A DNA stretch of 64,000 bases from NCBI RefSeq assembly GCF_018977255.1, contig NW_024704743.1:1612001-1676000 (forward strand). Direction: 5' to 3'. Below the pieces are notes generated by a model, which was not told the DNA's origin, did not search any database, and worked only from the letters and a program-made list of their open reading frames with translations. Below, piece after piece: positions 52,801 to 64,000 of the stretch. A program made the position numbers and the translations under genes. Each line of letters opens with the position of its first letter. The stretch's first letter is position 1. Source of the stretch: Callorhinchus milii (Eukaryota).

Positions 52801-55544
52801 CTTTGCTGTTAGTGTTGTGCCTTTCACTCCAGAGGTCATCTCAAAGAGCTTAAGAGGATTGATGTTGAAAAAAATTGTCCACTCAACCCATGGCTGTTTG
52901 TGGGGGACGCTGCGGTGCGCAATCGGCCGCCGCGTTTCGCCCACAAGATATACAGTCAATTCACTTGACAGCGTATCCCGTGAAGCGCGTTGAGACGTCT
53001 CGAAGATGTGATAAGCCGCTGTGTTAAATGTCGGGATTATTATTATGATAAAACGGGACTTGGGTTTAACATCTCATCCGAAGGATGTCACCCCCAGTAA
53101 TGTCAGTTTGGCCATTGTGGGTTTACGGACCTGATGTGGGGCTTGAACCCACAGCCTTCTGACTCAGCGGAGAGAGTGGAACCCAACTGAGCCAGGCCGA
53201 CACCCAAATCCCACCGCCAAGTGGCTTGTCTGAAATGGGAACAGCAACCAGATCATCCCGAGGGATGCAGCGCCATCAACAGTAACAAGTTACATTTGTA
53301 CAGCGCCTGTCATGTCAGGCGATGAATCAATATGGTGCTTCCCTCTCCCTCTTACTGACCTAACTTCCTACCCAGTGCGCAGGTCACTTTCTCTTACAGA
53401 GGGAGGGACTGAGTGGTCTTTAAGATTCTGAAGAGACCCGATCATGTCGATCACAATAAGCCGTTTTATCTTGCGCTGAACAGTCGAACCAGAGGACACG
53501 CACGGCCTGCAATTGAAGGAGGGGGGAAATTCAGACAGACACCTGGGGAAACATTATTTCGGGGAGCGAGCAGTAAACTGCTGGAACAGGTTCCCGAGGG
53601 AGAGAGAAGTTGTTGTTTGTTTCAAGAACAAACGAGATAGGTTTCCGCTAGAAAGTAATACCTCGGGGATACAGAGTGTAGTTTGGAACACGACATGGGA
53701 CACGACTGCCGGGATGGTGGAGGGCGAACTAGACGGGGGGGGGGGGGAGTGGGGGTTGGTGGTGGGGCGGAAATGGAGGGATAAATCCTTCTCTTCCTGC
53801 CGTCATAAAAGTGAATGAGAAAGCAGCCAACCTCCCTCCATCCTTCGAGCAACACTCAGCGACTCCCATAGGAGATACTTCAGAGGAGAACTTGGCATCT
53901 GATCCGCAAAGAAAATAATAAAGCTTCTGCACGTCTCTATAAGTGCCGGAAAAGAATTCATAATATATAAGACTCCGTCCGCCTCCCCTCGCTGAAACTG
54001 GTTTGCCTCCGGCGGGGTAATAACTAGTGGCTTTTATTTTTTTTTGCGGAAACTTCAATATTGTTTCTTAACCCATGGAAGACAAAGCTTTGACTGTGTA
54101 CGATTTTGCCGGCCGAACGCCACAGCCAATTTGCGAGCAAACCAGGTTCCCCCCAAACAACGGCCAAGTGAAGGCATGAGCAGTGTAGCTGGGGGAGTGG
54201 TGGGGGGTTGGGGGGGGGGGTTGGTGGGAGGGGGTGATGGGTGGGGGGAGGCCGTTGTCGATTTGCCTTTCACCCGTTTGCAAACGAAATGCACGGTTTG
54301 TTGGTCACTCGAGGAATGAGATGGCTCATTGCTGGATATCCCAAACAGCATTTTATCCCTAAACCAGCCCCGTGCTCCCAGGCGCTCTACAGCTTATAAT
54401 AATAATATTAATAATAATAATAATAGTTGCATTTGATATAGTGCCTTGTCACGCCTTCGCAGAATATACTCTAAAGTGGATTGACGGTATATTTTACGGG
54501 CGACAATATACGCTTCCTGCTTTCTGTGATGAGCATGAGCTTTAGAAACAACAATGTCATCGGATTTCGACACCTTCACACTCATCTTCGAATCCCTCCA
54601 TGAACCGGAACCTTGTGGACCTGCTCACTCCTCAATCCACAACCCTCTGCCTCCCCTCGAGTGGCTCCGGCCTCCTGCTTGTCCCTCGTGCCCTCCGTTG
54701 CACCATCGGTGGCCGCACTTTCACCATCTAACAGGTTCCTACTGACTGCTGGTAAACAGAGGCGCGCGTGTGTGTGTGTGTGTGTGTGTGCGGAGTGAGG
54801 AAACTTGCCCAATGTCTCGCCCTGACCTGCCCGGGAATCAAACCCGGGTCCTCTCGCTCGCGAGGCGAGGGCTCTAACCCCTGAGCTCCAAGACTCTCAG
54901 AAATCGATCCATTGAGAGATAGAGAGAGACAGTGTCACTGGGATAACAGACCCGCGGAGTTTGGTGAAGGTGAGGATGGGGGTGGCAGAGTTTTGGAGAC
55001 ATCTATGGATGGCGGAGCACGGGAGAGCAGGTGAGGAATGTTAGCATGTGAGTTAAGTTAATGAAAGGCAGTCGTCCGATAGAACAGACCTGGATGATGT
55101 TTTCGTGCGGAGGGCAAAGGCGGCGGGGGAGGAGGGTGTGTGGGGGGTGGTATGTGTGGGAGTGAAAACGAACCAGCTTATCTGCCTCAATTCCCGGTGG
55201 AAATTAAAATATACTTTCGAGCAGCATTGGAAGATTTTTATCACCAGCCGGGCTTCAGCGCTGTAATTTGGTACTGGCTATCAGCTCCGCTTTAAAGCAA
55301 GTCTCCTTTATATGGAGCCGGCAATAATATTGCAGGGCCTATAAATCATCTCAGGCGCACGTGTCCATTGAGGGTTCCAGTTACTGCACGCGAGGCATTT
55401 TAAAGCAGGATAGCGAGGCAAGAGACTGTCAAACTCCAACTCTGGAGGCCTGTAGTTCAGGGGTTAGAGCGCTCGCCTCGCAAGCGAGAGGACCTGGGTT
55501 TGATTCCCGGGTCAGGGCGAAACATTGGGCAAGTTTCCTCACTC

Positions 55545-55575
<31 letters not shown>

Positions 55576-56242
55576 ACACACACGCCTCTGTTTATCTAGC
55601 GGTGAGTAGGAACCCGGTTCTTAAGTCAATTTTTTTTGGAGAGATTATTACCCCCAGAAAGTGATCCGCCAATCAACTAACAACCAGGTTCCTGCTTACT
55701 TCTGGTAAACAGAGGCGTGGTGTGTGTGTGCGTGTGGAGTAAAGAAACTTGCCCATCGTTTCGTCCTGCTCGGGAATCGAACCCCAGGTCCTCTCACTTG
55801 CGGGGCGAGTGCTCTAACCCCTGAGCTCCGGGCCTCCTACGTAAGACCACTTGGCTCATTAGAGTTCTACCCGGGAACTCTCCAGTCAGTGCATCAAATT
55901 GCAATCTCGAACCATTGCTTTGACTTTATTACATTGCCTTGAGATTATTACAAACCTTTATCATCCCTGGGATTCAGGACATTCCCCCTGACAGCTGTTC
56001 TGAACGCATTTGCCTTTCGCTTTCGTTATTGTGTCCCTGTTTTTTTTTCCCGCTCTCTCAGTCCCCAGCGTCTGGGTTGGTTTTATCTGCGCCCTTAAAT
56101 ATTTTAAATACTCCGAATGAAATATCTCTCCCTTGGTTGCTTTCTTTCCAGATCGTAAGACTGCAATTTTTCCCCGTCATTCTTCGTGAGTCTGGGTGTT
56201 TGCATTTGGGATAATAATCTCCTAACTTTGCCCTGACCACAG

Positions 56243-56633
56243 AATCCTGTCGCCCAGCGGTTAGAGCCCTCGCCTCGCGAGCGAGAGGACCCGGGTTCGA
56301 TTCCCGGGCAGGTCAGGGCGAGACATTGGGCAAGTTTCCTCGCTCCACGCACACACACACACACCCACACGCGCGCTTCTGTTTACCGGCAGTCAGTAGG
56401 AACCCGGTTGGTAGTCGATTGGGAGATCGCTTTTGCGGGTTTAATAATCCCTTCAAAATAAAAATAGATTTGGTCACTCAACCCGCGGCTGTTTGCGGGG
56501 ACGCTGCTGTGCGCATATCGCCGAAACATACAGTCAATTCACTTTACAGTGTGTCCTGTGAAGCGCTTTGAGACGTCTCGAGGACGTGATTAGGCGCTGT
56601 ATTAAATACAACGATTATTATTATTATTATTAT
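56243..56633 (+). mobile_element. Dominant-family SINE, GC-rich CAGGTCAGGG variant
   Basis: Full head-to-tail copy. The same variant occurs at about 41525-41943 (-), 43294-43412 (-), 54730-54895 (-), 58020-58373 (-) and 60476-60770 (+). Confidence 0.88.
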
Positions 56634-57555
56634 TAAAAAATTGCCCTCTGCGACTCTAACCTATGCCATTTTGCTCTACTGTCTTGGGGCAATATCCTGC
56701 AGTTCTGGGTCTACTTTTTCAATCCCATTTTAAATGTTCTCCCCCCTTAAGAGATCGCCCCTGAGGCATCTTCCCTCAAGACTGAAGAGTCTTCATTGAA
56801 AGCCTTAAAGACGGAGCTTAATTCCTTGGATTTATTATTTATTTGCCGCTATAATAATATTCTTTGCATTTGCTAAACCACCTTTCACATCGAGAGGCTG
56901 TTCCATAGCACGTGACGGGATCCCTGCAAAGTGTAGTGACTGTTTATCTGTCAGGCACGTGCAACACTGCAACAAAAAAATGTTACTCTGGTCTTTCTGA
57001 TGATTATATTCCCAGCGTCTCTCACATAATTAGAATAACGGCTTTGATCCACGGCTGTTTGTGGGGACGCTGCTGTGCGCAATCAGCTGCCCCGTTCCGC
57101 CCACAGTGTATCCTGTGAAGCGCTTTGAGATGTCTCGAAGACGTGATAGGGTTTTTATTGGAATGGAATTCGCACTCTCTTCCTGGAGGGACGCACACCT
57201 GCTCACTTCATTCCAGAGAGCAAGTGCGATATCAAACACGAGGATTAGGATGATGTTGATGTTGATGATGTTAACATTAATCGGCTCCTGGTCTCCCAAT
57301 GGCAATTGGACATCAAAGCGGTGGTATCCCAATCACAGTTCTGCGTGTGTTTCGGTGGCGTTGGCTGGTTACACCTTGTACAACTGAGTACGCTGTCTGC
57401 CAGCAGCCAGAAGCGAAGGATGAAAGATTATTAATCTCTTCCGTTGCCAAGCAAGCCTTTGTGTCAACAGTAAAATGCCCTGGGATTGCAAGGAGGACAC
57501 ATACAGCTCAGCACAAATCCCCCAACCAAACAGGTGATGAGAAGTGATATACGTG

Positions 57556-57588
<33 letters not shown>

Positions 57589-59149
57589 ATGTAAATACTG
57601 ATCAACGCTGTTAACTTTGTCACTCCAACTCCACTGTCTCCTACTCCACTGCCTCCCTATCGCCAAAAGGATTGATTTCAAGAAGCACTCAGACCAGCTT
57701 ACTCCCCCAACCCTCAGCTCGACTGGCTCCGACCCCTCGCCCCCTCCACTCCACCATCGGGAGGGGCCCCCACTTTCAGCCGCTGTGCCCCAAAACTCTG
57801 GATCGTTCTCCCTCTATCCCTCCCCCCGCCTCGCCCCCTTCCGTGTCTACGGTCACCTCCCACCCCCACCCCCCCCCCACCAGACACGGAGTCAGGCTCT
57901 GCCACCGTCGAGCACCCTGGGTCGCTGTCCTGCGCGGGGGGGAGTGGGGGGGGTGGTGGCGCTGTGTAAAAGCGAGTTGTCGTTGTGTAAATGTGACGGC
58001 TCAGAGATAATCCGCGCCGATAATAATATAACCCTCGCATTTGGTGCAGCTCCTTACCACGAGGCGTCTCACAGCCCTTCACAGGATATAAAGTAAAGTG
58101 AGGTGACTGTGTATTGTTTTGTGGGCAGACAGTCGCGCATTGAGCGATCAAATGTTTTCGTTTCCTTTGGAGGGATTATCACCCCCGGAAAAGCGATCCA
58201 CCAATCGACTACCAACCGGGTTCCTACTGACTGCCGGTAAACAGAGGCGTGTGTGGGTGTGTGTGTGGAGTGAGGAAACTTGCCCAATGTCTCGCCCTGA
58301 GCTGCCCGGGAATCGAACCCCGTGTCCTCTCGCTCGCGAGGCGAGGGCTCTAACCCCTGAGCTCCAGGGACTCCCTCTCAAGTGTTGTGGCTCCGTCATT
58401 GTGGGCGAACTTGGCAGCCATTTTGGCGCACGACAATTGAGCCAATATGGAGGCAGAAAAGAGAACTCGATCAGTACCTTATGGGGTATTTCACCGCCCC
58501 TAAGCATTCCCTCCCCACCGTTGAAGCCCGCCTTGAAACCTTTCATCTCGACTGCTTTTTGATCACTTTTCTCCTCTCCTCTCCCCACCCCTTCCCCACC
58601 CCCACTTTGCTCAGTTCCCCCCTCTTTCCCACCCCTCCACTGCGTCAAGCTTACATTTGTAAATATATCTAATAAAAATCCTTGTAACCTGACACAGGGC
58701 CTTATCTCGTCGTGGAGGCATCTCGAAGCATTTCACATGACACACTGTGAAAGTTTTGTGAGTGGTTTGTGGGCGAATGTGACATGTGTATATATAAAAA
58801 ATATATATAAAAATATAACAGGATTCCACGCAGCTACAATATTGAATTGTTCTCATTTCAACGCCGTTGCACTGTTAAGAGAAAAAAAAACCACATCGAA
58901 TTACCCGAACTGCTGGAAACATTATTAAATGCTCCAGTACATTTTTTTTATATATATATATATATATATTCCAGGTTCCAAGACTCCCACGCTACCCACG
59001 CCAGTTAATTCAGTCGTTCATTTCGAAGATCCTAAGAAACGTTATCGAGGACCAGGTTCCACTGTTCAAGAATCAATCATGTTTATTCACACAGTCACAT
59101 TGAATTGAAGGTCCTTGTTGTAGAGAATAAAAATGCAGGAGTTGTTTCT

Positions 59150-59485
59150 AACCCGCCCGCTCCCTCCGGTCAGCCGGCTCCGGCTGCTCCTCGTCCCCCG
59201 CCCCATCCGCCCCACCATTGGCGGGAGAGCCTTCACCCACTTTGCCCCCAACCTCTGGAATTCCATCCCCCAATCACTCCGCCTCGCCCCCTCCTTGGCC
59301 TCCTTCAAGTCCCGCCTCAAGACCCTCCTCTTCGACCATGCCATCGGCCACCCCCTTCCCCTCCCCTCCCTTCTCCCCCCCCCCCGACCCCAGCACGGGT
59401 CTGAAATGCTGTCACTTCAACGGCTTGGGAGGTCCTCCTGACGTGAAAGGCGCTGTACACATGTCATCTTGTTGTGGTGGTTGTT
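59150..59485 (+). mobile_element. L2-clade LINE 3' fragment
   Basis: TIGGRAFTHFAPNLWNSIPQSLRLAPSLASFKSRLKTLLF followed by the gtgaaaggcgct tail. Related pieces at about 10230-10520, 30160-30370, 46850-47100, 47830-48030, 57620-57990, 60800-60940 and 62840-63110. Confidence 0.85.
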
Positions 59486-62400
59486 AAGACGTTACAGTCA
59501 GTGAGTTGCACCCAATGGCCCATTGAGTTCTCGAGTGACCCTGAAATGAAAGGCGTGAGACAACGCAGAACGGGGCAAAGATTATTATAAACGCCTCAGT
59601 GTCTGTGTGTGTGTATATGTATGTGTGTATGTATGTGTGGTGTGTGTGTGTATGTCAGCCTGTATGTTTAGATCACTCACATGGTTCTTTGTGGGACGTC
59701 GCTAGTGCGTAAATCGGCTGTCGCATTGGCCTACAAAACGCACAGTCACTACATTTTAGAGTAATTCCTTAACTGTAAGGCGAAAAGTTGGGCAAGTTTC
59801 CTTACTCCACACGTGTCTGTTTGCCTGGCAGTAAGTAGCTACCTGCTTGTTAGTCGATTGGCAGATTGCTTTTTTAAGGGTTAATAATCCCTTCAAAACA
59901 AACAATAATAACATAATAATTTGATCACTCAACCCCCGGCTGTTTGCGGGGGACGCTGCTGTGCGCAATCGGCTGCCGCGTTTCGCCCACAATTCGCACC
60001 GTCAATTCACTTTACAGTGTATCCTGTGAAGCGCTTTGAGACGTCTCGAGGACGTGAAGAGGCGCCGTTTCAACTGAAGGATTATTATTATTATCAATGC
60101 CCTGTGAAGTGGATTATCTTTGCTCTCTGAAACTACCAGAAGCTCTGACATTTATTTCTTTTTGTCAGGGTCAACCAGAAGAACAGGAGAGTTTCCCAAG
60201 TGGGTTTGTGTTTGCCCCCCATTGACTGTTAAAATGAATCCTCTGAATTATCTCATCACAACACAGCTCTATCAGTCCAGACGCTCGATAATTACTCAAC
60301 ACAGCGGGTTGGAATTATTAAACCATCGAATTATTATTGCAGATCCTCCTGAGACAAAAGGTCATTTCAGTCGGACAAAGTGAGACCTTTCGCTTGCAAA
60401 AAAGATCCGTTACAACGAAGCTTCTCAAAGTGTTTTGCAGGAAAATTGCTCTCAGCTGTACTTCTAGGCAAATGTGGAGTCCTGTAGCTCAGTGGTCAGA
60501 GCCCTCGCCTCGCGACCGAGAGGACCCGGGTTCGATTCCCGGGCAGGTCAGGGCGAGACATTGGGCAAGTTTCCTCACTTCACACTCACACACACACACA
60601 CACACACCTCTGTTTACCGGCAGTCAGTAGGAACCCGGTTGGTAGTCGATTGGCGGAATCCTTTTGGGGGGGTATTAATCCTCCCCACCAAACAATTGGT
60701 CACTAAATCCACGACTGTTTGTGGGACAGTGCTGCGCGCAAATGGGCTGCAATATTTGCCTACGAATACAGTCGCATGCTCTGAAGCATGATGATGAGGT
60801 AAAGCAGGTCGGAGAGGTAGGGGGGTGCGAGGGCATGAAGGGATTTGAAGACGAGTGAGAGGATCTTGAAATCGATCCGTTTGGGATCGACTGGGAGCCA
60901 GTGGAGCCTGGCGAGGACCGGTGTGACGGGGGTACGGAGTTCAGTGTGTGTGTGTGGGTGTGTGTATGAGGGCAACAGAGTTTTGAATAACCTGAATTAT
61001 TCACTGTTTGGGCTGAATGGCCTGTTTTCGTGGCTGTTTCAGTCTTTGTAAATCTTTCTATAGCGCTTCTGTTCTTAATTAAAATTGTGTTTTATGTGTT
61101 TGTTTTTCTCACGTCAGAGCGAATATTACAGCAATAAAACAACCCCTGACGTTCAGAGTTTCTTTACTGCTGTAATATTCTTCAGCACTTCCCTCGATGA
61201 CATCGAAGTGGCTACAAACCCTCCCCCAAAATTTTTTTAAAAGGTTCTCAGAGTCGCCCAGAGAGTTACCAGGAACTTGTCGACAGAATAATATGCAATA
61301 AAAGTTTGAGGTTTGTGGAACGTTCCTTGTGTGACTTTGCACCTGGTGAGCACAACCAATAGATGGCATCGCACAGTGTGACCTTCCTCTGCTGGAGCAC
61401 ACATACCACTGCCATTTTGATGTCATCGAGCCACGTTTGGTTTGTAAGTTGTATCCCTGTGTTTTTTTTTGGGTGGGCTGGTGGGGAGGGGATGTCTGAC
61501 CCGCGCGGAAATCCGTCGCCCATTTTGCTTAAGAGTCTCCAGACCAAGCTGAGAATTCTGTGTCTCCCACCTTACGGGTTCCTTCCGACTTACCGCTGGT
61601 TAATCAGAGGTGTGCGCGTGGAGGGAGGAATCGAACCCAGGTCCTCTCGCTTGCGAGGCGAGCCGTCTAACCACTCAAATACACGACTGATAAGCCCCAG
61701 TACCAGTTTGGCTCAGTGGTAGCACACACTTGAACTGAAACTCCAGTCCAGTTGAATCGTTTGGGAGGTGCATTTCTTTGGAAGGGACATTAAACCGAGA
61801 TCCTGACTGCCTGTTCAGATTGACCTGAGGATCTCCTGACACTATCCAGAGAGAGAAACGAGTTTCTCCCGGTGTCAATAATCCTCCAAATAAAATTGGT
61901 CATTCACTTCACGGCTGTTTGTGGGATGAACTGTTTGTGGGATGAACTGTGCGCAATTGTGTTACTGCGTTTGCCTATAAATAACAACAACAACAACTTG
62001 GATGTATATAGCGCCCTCCACGCTGGAAGGCGTCTCAGAGCGCTTTACAGTAACGGATCCCGGGGTCAACCCGGGAGGAGGGGGGGGGCGGAGGGGGAGA
62101 AGATGACCAAAGGCGTGGTTGAAAAGAAAGGTCTTCAGCAGAGATCAGCAGGATCCTCTCTGGGACAGGAGCCGGTGCAGTCTGGCCAGGACTGGGGGGA
62201 TCGGGGAGCGGGGTTTGGTGCGGGTGAGAATGCGGGCGGCAGAGTTCTAACTACACTGTATGGCCTCCTTCTGCGCTGTAATCCTCTGCCGTTTCACAAT
62301 CCGGCACTGAACTCGAGTTGCAGCCTGCAACGTGACCTGAAATGTGCGGTGGTGGGTTTTAATCAGAGGAGGTACAAAAGGATTGTAATTGATTTGCTCG

Positions 62401-64000
62401 CTCGGCCAGACTGCAGCATGAATCCACAAAAAGATAGTTAGCACAAGTTGCGGACCATCAAAATCTGATCAAAGGCACTGGTGCCAACCCAATTGATGTC
62501 CGTTATTTCTCCATGTGGGTTAAGTCAATACCGTCAGTCGATGAGGTAATAAGTCAATGCCACACCACCATTGGAGCTGAGCACCTTCTGAATGTTAATC
62601 AGCCAGGTTTGCCAGCCACCCTCAGCAGTTACCTGAATGGCTAGAAATTATAATAATACTGATGATGGTCCTCGCATTTGACGCAGCGCCTTATCACGTC
62701 TTCGAGACGTCTGAAAGCGCTTCACAGGATACGGTGTCAAGTGAGTTGACTGTGACGTTTTGGGGGCTAATGTGTTGACAGTGCTGTCATCGCTCCGGAG
62801 CAGGCAGGAAAATGGGGAGCGAAACCTGACTCTCAAATCGGATCCTCCAGCTCGTCCCTCGCGCCCTCTGTTCCACCATCGGTGGCCGGGCTTCCAGCCA
62901 CTACGACCCGAAACTCAGGAACGCTCTCCTTCTATCCCTCTCCCACCGTACTTGCCCCCCGCTTCCTTCCCCATCTTCAGATCGTACCTGAAGACCTTCC
63001 TCTTTGACCGTGCGCCTACGGTCACCACCTCTTCCTCCCCCACCCCCACCCCCGGCTCTGTCAAGCGCTCTGGGATGCCACCCTGCGTGAGGGGAGCAGG
63101 GCTGTGTAAATTCGCTGTGTTAATGCAAGTTCTTGATACTTATCACCCCTTCTCGTTTCAAACAGCGCCGAGGGATCCTCAACAACCCGCACAAATTGGC
63201 AGTTGAACTTCACAGCGAAACCCTTTGAAGTGCTTTGAGAGGTTGTGATGACATGATCAGGCGCTCTATCGATTGTAAGCGTTAACGTTAGTAATAATTC
63301 TATGCCCGGTTTCGTGACAGAATCTGAAATGTGATAATTATGTGAGGCGTGAGGGGTAGGATGGGTGTTTATTAACACGCAGTATTTTTCTCAGGTAATA
63401 ATTATCCTTGCATTTGATACAACACCTTATCGAGCCCTCGCAACACTTCACTTCACGGGGAATCACTCACTCGTAAGGTGCAATATAAAGTGACTTTATA
63501 CACAGGCAAATTTGCAGATAGCAAAGTTCCACAAAACTAATTTTTATGCGGGGGATTTCTGGCAAGACTTCGGGAGAAACTCTCTTCTCGTTTCGAATAG
63601 CGCCAAAGGAACTTCACCGTCCACCTGCACAGGCAGATGGGAACTTAGTTAAACATCTCATAGAAAGGACAGCACCTTTGAAGATACAGCGCTCCACCAG
63701 CATTGCATTGCAGTGTCAGCCAAGAGACTGTCAGATCAAAGTCCTAACATGGGGCTTGAACCCACAACCCTTTAATAATAATAATAATAATAATAATCCT
63801 TGTATTTGATATGGTGCCTTATCAGTCCATCGAGATGTCTCAAAGCGCTTCACAGAATATACTGTAAAGTGAATCGACTGCATATTTTGTGCAAGAAAGG
63901 CGGCAGCCGATTGCGCACAGCAGCGTCTCCCCCCCACAAACAGCCGCGGGCTGAGAGACCGGGTTATTAGTTATTTATTTTTGAGGGATTATTACCCCAG

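Noticed and set aside
56243..56325. tRNA-Ala(CGC)-like cloverleafs at many SINE heads
   Set aside because: They have A/B boxes and an anticodon arm but lack a proper acceptor stem and continue directly into SINE body; they are SINE heads, not tRNA genes.
57280..57350. GSWSPNGNWTSKRWYPNHSSAC, loosely like the class B GPCR/CRHR2 motif CxxNGTW...NYSxC
   Set aside because: The key cysteine and spacing do not match, there is no splice acceptor, and no other CRHR2 exons were recognised.

Overview
Eukaryotic genomic DNA from a cartilaginous fish, probably a chimaera/holocephalan; this is inferred from the dominant tRNA-derived Deu/L2-tailed SINEs and is not proven. The left 35.5 kb holds the first 13 coding exons of MINDY4 (FAM188B, a MINDY-family deubiquitinase) on the minus strand. 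Every intron is GT-AG with consistent phase (1868 coding nt), the catalytic GGPC motif is present, and the remaining 3' exons must lie beyond position 1. The MINDY4 promoter is a CpG island with a symmetric ETS/GC-box + 2x CCAAT + RFX-like + NRF1-like layout, followed by an AT-rich 18/21-bp minisatellite. About 2.5 kb upstream on the same strand, three exons splice into an unrecognised 100-aa signal-peptide protein with one predicted disulfide loop (CIRFSFGFIC); this is the main novel candidate. The rest is mostly SINEs, L2 and CR1 LINE 3' fragments and microsatellites, which explain most of the ORF track. Other observations: a position-restricted GC-rich SINE variant at 41-61 kb, a local duplication, inverted SINE pairs, a 60-nt strand-asymmetric hairpin and an unclassified old repeat family. 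Repeat coordinates are approximate; exon coordinates were read to the base.
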